Shown here one piece after another: positions 1 to 13,060 of a DNA stretch of 64,000 bases. Below the pieces are notes generated by a model, which searched no databases, was not told where the DNA came from, and was given only the letters and a program-made list of their open reading frames with translations. How positions within the stretch are numbered: position 1 is the first letter of the stretch; every line of letters begins with the position of its first letter. Origin of the DNA: Halocafeteria seosinensis (lineage: Eukaryota); NCBI GenBank assembly GCA_001687465.1, contig LVLI01000175.1:62001-126000 (forward strand), read 5' to 3'. Made by a program: the position numbers and the translations under genes.

Positions 1-2215
1 GTCGTTACTCCCCAAACAACTTACTACACCAGCCCATGGCTCTTCCCCACTGAATAGCTCGTATAGGAGTACCCCGAACGCGAACACATCCGATCGAGCA
101 TCGTAACCTTGCTTCCTAATGGCTTCAGGAGCTAGCCATGCACTGGGACAAACCGTTTTCCCACTATCGTCGTTAGTGTCCAAAGTTTGAGCCAAATTAA
201 AATCGGCAACACGGGCGTGCCACGTAGTTTCGTCTGCACAGATTAACAGATCTATCGAGGCTAGGTCGATCACAACGTATTCTTACGGGGTAGTGGCGTA
301 CCTTCAATCAAGATGTTCCGGGCGGCAACGTCGTGGTGGATTATCTCGCAAGAGTGAAGATGGCGGATTCCCTCGGCAGCTTGGATAGCAATATGCAGAA
401 TCGTTTTCGATTTAAGGGGCTCACTCCTCTTCGAGAGCAACTTGTTGACAGGACCCTGAGGACACAATTGAGTCACCAACGCTGGTTGCTCATCCTCGTC
501 GGTAACGCCCAAAAATTTAACAATATTCGCTGAAGAAAACCACACGGAAGAGCATTACACCAGCGACTGTAAATCCGACAACCATAGGCAAAACTTACGA
601 TGTTCGCAAGCTCGTGCCATTATTTCAGCTTCGCGAAGTATGCTCTTCAATGAAGCACTCCGAACCTGCGTCAAGCGAAATGATAGTGCAAGTACACACG
701 AAAAAAACCCAAGCAGCCGCAACTTACCTCTTCCGACACTCCCAAACCAGTGGCATCGGTGGAATCTTCAGTCTGTAGCAGGATATCGACTGAAGGATTA
801 CGAAACCAGTGGGTGGCACTACATAGTTGCCGCTTACGTACCACTCTAAACTTAATGGCCACCGATGTATCATCATTAAACAAACCCTTCCAGACCGTAG
901 AAAAGTTGCCTCCGTCTAGAGGTTTCTGATATTTTACATTTCTCAACCGAGGGATGGCATCATTGTTAGAATCAGAAGCATCAGAGGGGAGCGATTCTTC
1001 TTGATGAAAACCAGTTTCCTCAAACACTTCACCAGTACCTTGTTGTTCCTTTCGAAGAGAGTCATTCTCCCTATATTCTACATTCCGCCCCGCCTCCGTT
1101 GGGGCCATGTTACTAGGATTCGTAATAGAGGTACTTGTTTCCTCTTTGGCAGCATAAGAGGGGTAGCCCCCGACTGAAACACTGTCATCGGTAGTTTGTA
1201 CGTAATTATTATCGGACAGTGCTGTGTGTTCAGAATTCGCCTTTCCAGTTTCCGTTCTAATGCTTGGAGCACTGGCTGTTGACGGGTGTATTGACTGAGA
1301 AATTCTCTGTTCCGTCGAGCTGCAGCCAGCTGTCTGCTCCTCTTGCTCAACAGCTGGGGTTCTAATATCCTCGCTTCCGCTTACGGTATCGCCGTCGTGC
1401 TCGTCTGGAAATAATGAGTTCAAAGGACACGAGTTCTCTTGAGCAGTATCGAAAACTGCTTCCGCCGTGGACTCTCGTGGAGCATACGACGTACCAGTTT
1501 GCATGGGCGATGTCTCTGAGACGCTATCAGGTTGGTTATGTGGCTGCTCCGAGGAAAGGATTTCAGTGCCATTGTTCTCTGATGCTGCATCACGGTCATG
1601 CGGGCTACCAGCGGATGTCCCTAATCCTTCGACGTCTTCACAACTACCTTCAGAAGATACATGTGGACTTCCTTTTGCCTGAGGATCTGCTTCCCTTATT
1701 ACTTCTTCTGTCTCGCATGGAGTCGAGGTACCTTCCTCTAGAGTCTCACGAGCGGATGGGTGATCAGTTTCACTACTTGTAGCTGTTCGTTCGTTCTGGT
1801 CATTCGTTTTGCTCGGTTGGCTTTTACTTGTATTTTGTTTCTTATCTTTTCCTTTCCCCTTTCCATTGCCTTTTTTCCCTTTTTTCTGGCGCCCGCCACT
1901 GGCGAAGAAACTAGCAACACCTCCGATTAGAGCAACACCTGCCCCCACCGCAGCATACGCTAGAGCATCATGCGACGACGATGATTTCTTTGGAGCAGGA
2001 GCATCTACGACTGCTTTAGGACTGGATCCCCCTCCATGATTCTCTTCCTTTTCGCTAGACGATTCATTCTTCCCCTGGGAACCTCTTAAACCTCTGCGTG
2101 CTGGTTGATCAGAGGGCGGCGGCACCGCTCTTGCGGGAGATGCTGTCGTCGTATTTCGATTATTGTTGCGTCGGTTGTTTGGCTTGCCACCTACGGCGTC
2201 AAATAATTCATCCAT
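1..2215 (-). CDS. Membrane-anchored tyrosine-kinase-like protein kinase (3' end runs off the window)
   Basis: Spliced kinase motifs: LDGGNFSTVWKG, VAIK, HPNIVKFLGV, HHDVAARNILI, VADFNLA, PSAWLAPE, SDVFAFGVLLYEL. One TM segment (ALAYAAVGAGVALIGGVASFF) followed by a Lys-rich stretch and a long acidic linker. Confidence 0.85.
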
Positions 2216-2632
2216 TCTTCGTTCTTATACTCGCGTGCGCTTGTCTAATAGTAGCAAATACACACTCCAGACAGCATCCAAGTCTTGAATCCGGTTCCAA
2301 GCACCACTGAAGCGCCAATTGAGGAGTCCAGACTTTTCCTCCTTTCTTGCTCCAGACAAGGCACTACTATACACCTTAAACCCACAAGTATCCTCTCTAT
2401 GGGACGCTCGCAATCCAATGACATCCTTGGGTTAAAACCTTGCTTCAACTTGTACAGCCGCGAAATTTTTGTGCGGTAACAGTCCAGCGTATCCGGGCTG
2501 AGGACCCGGATAGGCCGGTCCTCAGCCCGGATAGGCAAGAATCAGAGTGACACAGAGCACATTGCTAGGCTCCTGTGCGTTGTATGAAGCGTTTCGAAGG
2601 CCGAAGTGCTGTCTAACAGGGATAAGAAGAAA

Positions 2633-5600
2633 ATGATTGTCTCTATCGAAGATATTGTATCGGGCATACTGCTGCTTTGCAGTGTTGCCTTGTTGTACAA
2701 GTTCAACTCTTTCCCTGACAAGAGTACAGCTGGAGGAGGAATTGAGGCTGGTGTAGATATTCCACAGACCCCTCAACCAAGTAGCAAGCGCTCGAGCAGC
2801 TCTTCTAAAGTTTCCAGTGTATCTGAAGGGTCTAAATCGGATGGATCAGTCTCTCAAGGCTCTGACCCATCGAGTGCAGCAGCGCCCAAAACGACTTCAA
2901 CAACAGCTGAGGATACAAAAGCCCCCAAGGACGATGAGCAGAAAATCAAGGAGGAACTTCAATTGATCCCCTTGCGGATTTTGTATGCGACGACCACGAA
3001 TACTGCAAAGAGTAAGTTACGCGCACTATCATTTTCTTTTGGGTCTTCGTTAACGAGCGTGTTTGGTTGCTTTGACTTCAGAATTCGCTGACCAACTTTC
3101 CCAGCAACTATTCGCCTTGAATGTGGCTGGCACTCACTATGAAGTGTCGGTAGCTAACTTGGAAGAGTATGATCAAGACAATTTAGAACAAGAGGACATT
3201 GTTGTGTACTTGATGGTAAGAGGAAAATGACACCTTCAGTCTGTGCTGAGTAGTAACTAACTGTTCGCTCTTGCGTGCGCAGCCAACATGGACAGGAGGC
3301 ACACCTCCTCCTTCAGCCCAAGTGTATTTTGACTGGCTATCCGACATGCACAAAGACTTCCGCGTCCCCCGAACGTGGCTCAAGAATGTCTCATTTGCTA
3401 TATTTGGCCTGGGTAACAAAGAGTACGAGGAAAACTACTGCAAGGCAGCAACGGATATACAGTGCTTTATGTCCGAGCTGGGCGCTCAAGAGTTGACAGA
3501 CATAGGCCTTGGGGACGATAACGTCGACATGGAACATCAATTCAAGGACTGGTCGAATCAATTGGTCGCGGCATTGTGTCGTTTGTACACGCAGCGCACC
3601 AATGCGGATGCCGCCAAACAAGAGTCTGTAGGATGTGGTAGTGGCTGTGGAGGAGGAAGTAGCTCAGGTGAGAAGGAAAAGCCGCTGAGTCGTAAACAAC
3701 GAAGGAAGCAGAAGCAACGAGAGAGGAAAGAGAATGAGCCTGTTGAAGAAGAAGACGTCATCAATGAAAACTATCTCGCCCAGGAAGAAAACCAGAACGA
3801 GGAGACGGCCGACGGCAACGGAATGGTGGATTTGGAAGACATTGCTAACGTGATGAACAAGGCCAAGCAAGACACAGTGGTCGACGACAAGACGGCCCCC
3901 AGAAACATGGTGACGCCTGCTCAGTACAGGGCGCTTACGAAAGAAGGTTACAAAATCGTTGGTACACACTCTGCTGTGAAGTTGTGCCGATGGACGAAGC
4001 ACCAGTTACGCGGAAGAGGTGGCTGCTACAAACACACGTTCTATGGAATCACTAGCTATCAATGTATGGAGACAACCCCCTCGTTGGCATGCGCCAACAA
4101 ATGTGTGTTCTGTTGGAGGCACCACAAAAACCCAGTAGGGAGAGAATGGCGATGGAAGGTACGGCCGTAATTGTTTCGCACCAGTGCACATGGAGCAGGT
4201 ATAGCGCTGACCTCACCTTACTCTGCAGATTGATGATCCTGAGGAAATCGTTTCATCCTGTATTAAGAATCATTGCCAAATGATCAAACAGATGAAGGGT
4301 GTTCCCGGAGTGAAGATGGATCGTTGGCAGGAAGCATTTACCGTACGTGATCAGTGTTTATCTGTCGCACTTCTCGTTGTTTACCTGACGGTGCTCTTCC
4401 AATGCAGGTCCGCCACTGTGCTCTTTCGTTGGTTGGTGAACCTATCATGTATCCTTACATTAATCGCTTTGTCCAGCTGCTTCATGATCGCGACATTTCT
4501 TCTTTCTTGGTAACAAATGCTCAGGTAGGTTCAAAGTAATCATTGCTGGCTATGGTGCGCAACTGTCTACCCACTTCACCCTCTTTTATTTCAGTTTCCC
4601 GAGGCGATATCTTCTATGGACCCGGTGACGCAACTTTACGTTAGCATAGATGCGTCTACGAAAGACACTCTCAAGGCAATCGATCGGCCGCTTTTCAAGG
4701 ATTTCTGGGAACGGTTTCTTAAGTCGTTGGACTCGCTGAGGGACAAAGGACAGCGAACTGTCTACCGCCTTACACTTGTGAAGAGTTACAATATGGAAGA
4801 GGTATGTGACATTTTGTGGTTACACGGTCCCGATCCCTGACACTAAGCCAGTGCTCACTGCCTTGCAGGTTCAAAATTACTGTGACCTGATTCGCCGGGG
4901 AAACCCGGACTTCATTGAAGTCAAAGCGGTCACCTACTGTGGAAACAGCGACGGCAGTGATCTTACCATTAAGGACGTCCCATTCCACCCAGAAGTAAGT
5001 TTATTTGTGTTCAGTTTACATGGTTCATGCTCCAATAGACGTCTATGCGTTGCAGGTCCGTGACTTCTGTGAGGCAATTGCGCAAGAGATGGGAGGAACT
5101 TATGGCCTTGCGTGTGAACATGAGCATTCCAACTGTGTCCTGATGGCGAATACTGCTTTCTACCGCTTCCCAGACGATGTTGACGAATCAGGAAGTAATG
5201 TCAAACTTCTGGATAAAGCTGGTCGTTTTGACCACCTCCCTGAGGGTCACGTCGTTCGTGGCAACGACACTAAGGACGCTAATGGAAACCCCGGGGCTTG
5301 GTTTACCTGGATTGACTATGATCGTTTTCACCAACTTGTAAAGAGGTATGTTAAAGTGTAGGAACTGGTTCCGTGTTATATTGTTTGCCACTCTTGAGTT
5401 GTTCCATTGCAGCTACCATGCCTCTGATGGAAAGAATGACTTCAATTCTTTGGACTACGTTGCTCGAACTCCATGCGTACGTATTTCTTATATTTATGAG
5501 CTTGCTCTATGATTTCGTCATAAGTCCCGATCCTGACTGCCTTCTGCAGTGGTCGATCTACAATTCTGAGGAACAAGGATTCGATCCAAAGGAAACTCGA

Positions 5601-5666
5601 TTCAAACGAACCAAGGATGGAAAGGTCCACGAATACAATGCACCAGTCGAGGCAGGATGCGGTTAA
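2633..5666 (+). CDS. TYW1: tRNA 4-demethylwyosine synthase (flavodoxin + radical SAM)
   Basis: N-terminal TM, flavodoxin motifs (ILYATTTNTAK, FAIFGLGN), GTHSAVKLCRWTK, CYKHTFYGI, CANKCVFC, SLVGEP. About 9 GT-AG introns. Confidence 0.96.
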
Positions 5667-5987
5667 GGTCCCGAACAAGTAGTTGTAGATCCTTGAGAGC
5701 GTCACTATGCATACAAAAAAAAATACACTCGAAAGGTTGTGTTTGCAACTCGCAATACGCCATGTCTACCCGTGATGTCTCGCGCTGGTGCAGTTCAACC
5801 GGTGCCAAACGGAGTTGTTTGCTCTCGGGAATGTGGCTTACGCACGCACCACCCTGCTGACCAGAGAGACAGGGCCTTAGTGTTGTGCACCTAATCGTTT
5901 GATTCTTGGCAAGCGCCTGTGGCTTGGAATCAATATACTACGTCGTTTTCTGGTAAAACAGTGCGAGGCGACCCCGGACAGAACAGC

Positions 5988-6882
5988 ATGGCGAAGCAAA
6001 GAGCTGAGAGTGAGTGAAATCAAGCCCCTCCCGTTTATTGTGCACACCCTCCCTCCACAAGCTTGCCTACATCGTCCGCAGATAGCTCGCTGAGCGAGCT
6101 CCCACTCATTGAATGGAAAGAGGCAGCGTCCGTGGTAAGATGTAGTTCCTTCAGGTTCTGAACGTCCCCTGTAGGACAATGCTGTCTGGCTATACAGGCT
6201 GGCGAAGACGATGAAGGCTTTCTCGTGGATTTACTAGCAGGATTCTACGAAGAAGAATTCCATGTTATCGACGAAATTATAGAGGTCTTCCGAGAATACC
6301 GGGAAGGCAAAAGTATGGATGCGGCCGAAGCAGGCAAGGTACGGACGCACCTTTTCCCTGCTGGCTTACAAACTCAGTGGACACAAACAAGTATTTGAAT
6401 GGATATTGCAGAAAGTACAAAACCTGGCACATCGATTGAAAGGGGCAGCAGCAAACATTCGCTTAATGAGACTGACGAGGGTGCGTACTCACAGCAGGAG
6501 TAACGCGTCAGATTATCTCGTGACTGTCACGAATGCATCCGTGCGCAGAGTGCTTACCTTCTAGAGCAAAAGTTCAAAACTCTTGTTGAAGAAGGGAAAA
6601 ATGGAGAAATAGATAAACTGTTGAAAAAGCCCCCTACCGAGCTTCTGAACTTTGCTGAGGAAATGGATACATTTATTGACTATTTAAGGAACAAGGTGAA
6701 ACCTTACGTGAGTCTTCCGGTAGAAAAGTGTCCCTGTTACATTAATGCAGCACTGAAGTGATTATCGAATGGTGCAGGCCGAGGAAAACCTGACGAACGA
6801 GGTAGAACAAGAGACTTGGGGTGTCCTGTCCTCGGTAGACTCTCAGAATTGTCGATCCAAAGCAGAGGAGCTTTGCGAATGA
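5988..6882 (+). CDS. Standalone histidine-containing phosphotransfer (HPt) protein
   Basis: Hand-spliced 6 exons: MAKQRAENSSLSELPLIEWKEAASV-AGEDDEGFLVDLLAGFYEE...KVQNLAHRLKGAAANIRLMRLTR-SAYLLEQ... AHxLKGAAxN is the HPt phospho-His signature. Confidence 0.85.
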
Positions 6883-6925
6883 GTTCCGACACAAGACGCT
6901 CAAATCAACCAAAGCGACCAGAAGT

Positions 6926-8795
6926 TTATACGGAGCCACCAGGAATCTCTTTTTCTATATATAGGATGTGTCGTGGATCCACTCGCTTCGTCAGATCTTC
7001 TTGCTCAAGCTGGCTATTTGCTTCTTCGGCACTTTCGCTACTACTACTACTGCTGCTGGAAGTGCTGCTTGATGAGGATGACGTTGATGATTCGGATGCG
7101 TGCGAACCACCGTTGTCGCGATTCGCGTCAGCTTTATTAGCCTTACTCTCCTCTCGACGCCGATGTTTCCTATCTCGGCGCTGTAGCTCCGCTGCTGATG
7201 GCTCCATGGAGAAGCCGCTCTCATTATTTAGCCTGAAAATTCGATATTTGCATGTTAGGCATACATAGCGAGAATTTGAAATAGTACATAATACCGTACC
7301 TCTTGGCAGTATCAGCCAGGTCTGGGTGATGTTTTTCTAGTAAAGCCAGCCACTTCCGGGCCATATTCCTTCTACCTGTCCTCGTTGCTCTCCATACCTG
7401 GACACGCATGGAAATAAACAAGCTCATCTCACACACAAAATTTGGATATGAAATAAAACGTCCTTCCGTACCTTTTTGAAGTTAGTCCTGCTGCAGAAAT
7501 TTTGTGTCACTGCTACGGTGTCTGTTAAATTTAACACACCGTGCCACCATCCTCCTGGTATAAAGAGCGTTTCACCAGGTCTTTGGACACATTCTATTAT
7601 TGGAAGGTGGGGAAATTTTGCCTTGATGCGGGGTAGCATGTTAGTGAAAAAATCCTGCAATAGAAAGCTTGGAGACAACGGTTGCTCGCATCCCATGAAT
7701 ATCATCGCTACGCTACGATCATTTCTTACTATTGGTTCGTCATCTTCTCCTGGCTTCTTAAATCCCTTGCCTTTTGCAACGGCTCTCGGAACTCCAGGGG
7801 GCATTAGAACCCATCTCTTGTAGCCCTTCGTAAGCGTATTCCATGCACTGGTAGCCAGTGGATCTATATGAGGCGCAGTACCGGAGCGTTCCGGTCCCAC
7901 CAGGAACCACCTATACGGAGGTCGCTTTCGCTCTCCAACCAGACTGAATAAATCGTCATTGAAGTAAACAGGAACACTATATTCCGATAGTATTCCTTGG
8001 GCCTGGAACAATAAACTCGAAGGTGTATTCTTCCGCGTTGCCTCATACGCTTGCAACCGCCGGCGTACCTTGCTATCGTCATCAAACGAGGAATCGAAGA
8101 TGTACATTGGGCTGTCGTCACGTTGCTCCGCCATATAGCGTAAGAAATATTTCATTTTGATTCTCACGCTTCTACCATCATCGTCTTCACCGCATTTAAA
8201 TTTTCTATGCCGATACTTTTCATATATTTCCTGCAATCACTACTAACATAACGATGTTTATCGAGTAACACTTTATAACAGCGAAACACACCTCTATTTC
8301 CCAGCGAGTCTTTGCCGGCCATTCGTCGACTATTCCATCTATGATAACTGGTAAATCGAACTTCTCGTACTTCTCTATAAAGTCGTTCTTGGAAAGCGTT
8401 TTAGCATGTTCCCTGGCAATATGCCCTAGTTGAGACGGGAATTTCAAGGGTTCGGACGTCCACGAATATCCTTGCTTTGTCCATTCTCTCAACCGCAAAT
8501 CACCCCGGCATCTTCGCTTGCAGTCATTTATAATGTTCCAGTCATGTGCCTTAGTTTTTCCGACTTTACCCCTCCATTCCACGTCATCTCGAGGGGACTT
8601 TGGCTCGGAGCTGTCCGAAGACCGCCTCTTTCTGGAAGAGTTCCTCCGGACTGAGTAAGCTCTGGCACCACTGCATGCGTCATTGCCATCCAAATTACTT
8701 GCTGAATTTCCTACACCCTTGTGAGTGGCAGCATGCTTTGGTATTTCCCCGTTATAGTGCGTGTTACGATGTGCACTCTCACTGACCCCGTTCAT
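6926..8795 (-). CDS. JMJD6: JmjC bifunctional arginine demethylase / lysyl hydroxylase
   Basis: FKCGEDDDG, DDSPMYIFDSSF, RPPYRWFLVGPERSGTAPHIDPLATSAWN, GWWHGVLNL, AVTQNF, and a C-terminal poly-Ser tract typical of JMJD6. Confidence 0.95.
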
Positions 8796-9170
8796 TTTCT
8801 CGGTCAAAACGAAGGCCGCAGTAGCACAACAACAACCCCAGCGTAGCTTATTCTTCTTGTATTGCGTCCCCTATCTCTGCTGTGTTTCACAAACCAGTTC
8901 TACCAAAGGGTACACTTCCCTACAGCCTCGAACATCTTGTCACCTCGGGGCCTTCCGCCTTCCTTGCCCCTTGTGAAGATGGCCAACTCTGCTTGAAGTT
9001 GAAGTGGTGTTTACGCGCGCTTTTTGGAGCCGCTGGAAGTGCAGTAGTCATTTAATTCTGGAAGGAATTGAAACGACTACCCCCAGCAGACAAAAGATTT
9101 TTGCATTTCACTCTAGAGAGAGAGAAAGAAAAAAAATACTGTTTGCGCTAAACCAAAAAACACGTAAAAA

Positions 9171-10922
9171 ATGTTTACCCAAAAAGACCGCGTGGAGCTG
9201 GAAGCCATTTCGGCCATGGACACGGACCTCACTGTAGGGCCGCAACCTAGGTGGAAAAGGCGACAACTCCGCGCACAACAGCAAAATGGAGAAGAAACAC
9301 CTAGCTGCGAAAGTGACAGTTATGTGTCGACTGCCGGTTCGAAGACTCCTTTGCAGTCCAAGAACCAGCAGCAGAGTTCATCACCACAGGTACGTAGAAT
9401 ACCGCGCGCGCGCGCTAAATAGCAGTGCGCGCTTTGTGGGCTTTCTTGATTTGCTGACCTAGTTCATTCATCCCCTTTGCTAGTATACATTGCTTGTGCT
9501 TTATTCTCATTATATCACACTTACTCGGTCTTTGTCTCCAATGCAGGCTGATCGATTCATTCCGAACCGTAAAGCGATGGACTTTGACATGTCGGCGATG
9601 TCACGTCAGCGAAGTACTGATAGCGGTGATGGTAGCTCCAACGAAGAAAATGAAGGATTTAAGAATGCTTTGGCAAGCTCTTTGTTGAATGGTGGAGGTA
9701 ACTCTTCTTCTACCAGTGATGAGAGTAACCAGCGAGTTCTAGCGTTCAAAGAAAAGGCACCTACACCTTGCGATGGTTATCAGAGCAACCTTCGCGTGTT
9801 GTACTCTCAAAACCGGGGCATTACACAAAGGGCAAAAAGCATTCGTCATATTCCCTCTGGTCCTGAGCGAGTGCTTGGTAAGTGGACCAGTACTCTAGAG
9901 CCCGAAGTCAGCCTCTTCTCACTTTTTTCGTTATGTTTGAACCCGCAGATGCACCTGCAATTAATGACAATTTCTATCTCAATCTCATCGATTGGTCCTG
10001 CAACAATGTACTGGCTGTTGCTTTGGACCAAGCGGTCTACCTCTGGAATGCTTCCAGTGGAAGTATTTCTGAACTGACGAGCTTAGAATCGGATGACGAT
10101 TATGTCACAAGTGTTTCTTGGATCCCGGAAGGTGGTGGATATCTTGCCGTTGGAACTCAGAGCTCGGAAGTACAGCTATGGGACTGCAACGCCATGAAGC
10201 GAGTGCGCTCGATGAGAGGACATTCGGCACGCATCGGCTCTCTTGCGTGGAATAATCACATTCTATCCTCCGGAAGCCAGGATTGTTCGATCATGAACCA
10301 CGACGTGAGGATACGAGATCACCATGTTTCAACCTTCGCTGGGCACCAGCAAGAAGTCTGCGGACTGAAGTGGAGCCCAGATGGGGGCATGCTAGCTTCC
10401 GGAAGCAACGACAATAACGTGTGCATCTGGGACTTCGCGCGCTCATCATCTTCTGAGTCGACGCCGAAGCATACCTTAGCTTCTCATCAAGCAGCGGTGA
10501 AAGCTCTGGCTTGGTGTCCGTGGCAGCGCAACGTGCTTGCCTCCGGTGGTGGTACTGGTGACAGAACCATCAAGTTTTGGAATGCGGCAAACGGTGCCAT
10601 GCTGAATAGCATCAATACCGAAGCTCAGGTCAGCGGACTGGTTTGGAATCCGCATGAGCGAGAGATAGTTAGCTCCCACGGTTTCAGTCGGAATTCGCTG
10701 TGTGTCTGGAAGTATCCGAGCATGGCTCTGGTGAAGGAGTTGCAGGGGCATCAGGCGCGTGTGTTGGGGATGGTCCCTGGGGCGGATGGTAGTTCGATAT
10801 GCTCTGTTGGAGCGGATGAGACGCTTCGATTTTGGAAGGTGTTTGGAGAGCCAAAAAAGGGTAAGAATGGAGGGGATAGCAGGCTATCGTCTTCTATGCT
10901 GCAAAACTGCAGTATCCGGTAA
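9171..10922 (+). CDS. CDC20: APC/C co-activator Cdc20/fizzy
   Basis: PRWKR, C-box DRFIPNR, WD40 repeats (DNFYLNLIDWS, HQQEVCGLKWS, AVKALAWCP), C-terminal IR tail. Confidence 0.96.
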
Positions 10923-11803
10923 GGGGATTTCAAGGGAAGGAAAACAGTAGTAAGTAGCTAAATTGGGAACTTTTTAGCAAGGGAGGATTGGTAATAGGTT
11001 GGTTCAGGGCAAAAATTGCTTTTGTTCGCTCTACCGTGTTGGCCTGAATCAGATTGACTGAGGGGTTGCAGGGGAAGAAAGAGTTTATTTTACACGTTTT
11101 CGTGATAACTTGTTTTTTTGTTGTGTGTTTGTACCCGACAAACCGTGCTTTTTAGCACGATTAACAACGTTTAGATCCTTGACAGAAGTTTGCCAAGTCA
11201 CCGTGCTTCATGACGAGGAGCGTACCACTGCCTTATTCAGGCATCTTGCTTATCTTTTTCCGGTCCATTTGCTTTGGCAGTCAGATGCGTACCGATAAGT
11301 TGGTTCGTCAACTTAGTAGACTGAAGAAGCTGGTGTAGTAGTTCGATTGGAGGAATGTCGTGGCCATAAGATAGTAGCCAGTCTTTCAACTCTGCATCCA
11401 CTGTCCATTCGAAATTGTTACCAGCACCTTGAGCAACATTGAGTTGCTTTGCAATGATTTTTGTTCGCCGAATTCTTCACTACCAACCAGTGTACAGAGT
11501 TTGAGTGCGGGACCATTAGGGACAACTAATCCGGTTAGAAGGCATATAAATTATGCCCACAAACTGCTTATATTTGCTTATATTGATTTACAAGAGAGAT
11601 GACCTGAAATTTACTCGTATCAGCAGCTCTGCTGCTGGCAATCTCGGGTTCACTTGAAATCGCTTGAAGTTCTTAAGCGGTGGAACTTCAACTTCACGGA
11701 AGATATCTTCAAGGCCTGATGAAGTTTTCCCCCTAATATTCAGCCAGTACACCGGTTTGATCACTTCTGGGTACCTCATACGAAGAAAGAAATATTACCA
11801 AAC

Positions 11804-12786
11804 ATGTTTTCCCAAAAGGTAGCGTCCGCTGTCGCGAGAAGCATGCGTCCTAGCATGGCTTCGAACGTGGTCCGCCAACTCAACAGGACTGTCTGCAAGC
11901 TCCCCCCGACTTCCTCGGCTCCCTTCTCCATGGATGCCTTCCAGAGCGGTACGTCACCTCTGCCACTCTTTCGGCGAAGATGTCTGCTTGACCTAGTAGG
12001 AGGTTGATGTGCATGCAGAAGCTGGACAGGACCCTCAAATCTTCGCGCAATACCGTGTTTGGAACCAGGATACTTTGCTCGTGGTATGTCGTTGTTTTTG
12101 CGTATTTAGGAGAGTTCTCGAAGGACATACGATAGGTGGGAACTTGAGGATTGCAGGCGCGCCCTGTTCCACCGAAATTTAAGCCACAAAAGGATGGTAC
12201 TCAGTGGCAGATTGCAAACGAAGTTAGTCTTCATGTACTGTGGAAATACAATTTCATGGATGAAACACTGTTGAATGATTACTGCACGACAGGGTGGAGT
12301 CGCTATTGAGATGCTACCACGTTTACTTGAAGAGAAAAAGTTGGATGTTGCAAATAGAATGGTATTCCGTTTGTACATCAACGAACTCGCCGAGTTCTAT
12401 GTGAGCGATCCTGCTTCGCCTGTAAGTAACGCGTCAACTCCAGTCATATATGATGTCGTTCCTGTCTGAACTTGTTTGATACAACGCAGCTCTCTTTCAC
12501 GCATACGTTCACGCACCCTGATGGGAACAAAACTACAAAGACTCTGTCAATAACTCCAAGTGCAGATGGCAAACAGGTTCACTTTAAAGTTGTGTACTCT
12601 GACCCCAACGAAAAGAATCTCGAAGTTACCACCAGTGCTGCAGAATTCTTTGTCATTAAGAACCTAATGTTGCAATGCATGCCGCAAATCAGCGGCTGGT
12701 CATACCAATTCGAGCCTAAAAACTTCAGTGCCAGATCTCATGAGTTTGTCCAACGTCGGCAGGACCAAGATACCGAGGAATATTGA
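11804..12786 (+). CDS. Mitochondrion-targeted Whirly-family single-stranded nucleic-acid-binding protein
   Basis: Arg/Ser-rich presequence. The spliced product IFAQYRVWNQDTLLVARPVPPKF...EGGVAIEMLP...VFRLYINELAEF...KTLSITPSADGKQVHF...SAAEFFVIKNLMLQCMPQISGW aligns colinearly by eye to the plant Whirly domain (...AEFAVL...MPYLLGW). Confidence 0.75.
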
Positions 12787-13060
12787 CATTCCCAGTGAGT
12801 TAACCATCTATGGAGTTGACTTTGAGCAACCACGTAGTTGTCTCGCAAGAAGTAGGGCTTTTGTTTCAATGAAGTGGAACGTTAGCAATGAGTAGTAAAT
12901 CCGAATAGCCACGGAAAGTTGTTGGTAAGAAGTCCAACAAGCGCAGATGAACCACGATTTTAACGTATGTGATGAGAATAAGCCTTAGGTGTATATTTTC
13001 TACTCGGAAGCAGCAAAATATAGCAGCAAAATATGACAACTGTAAACTCAACCAGTGTAT

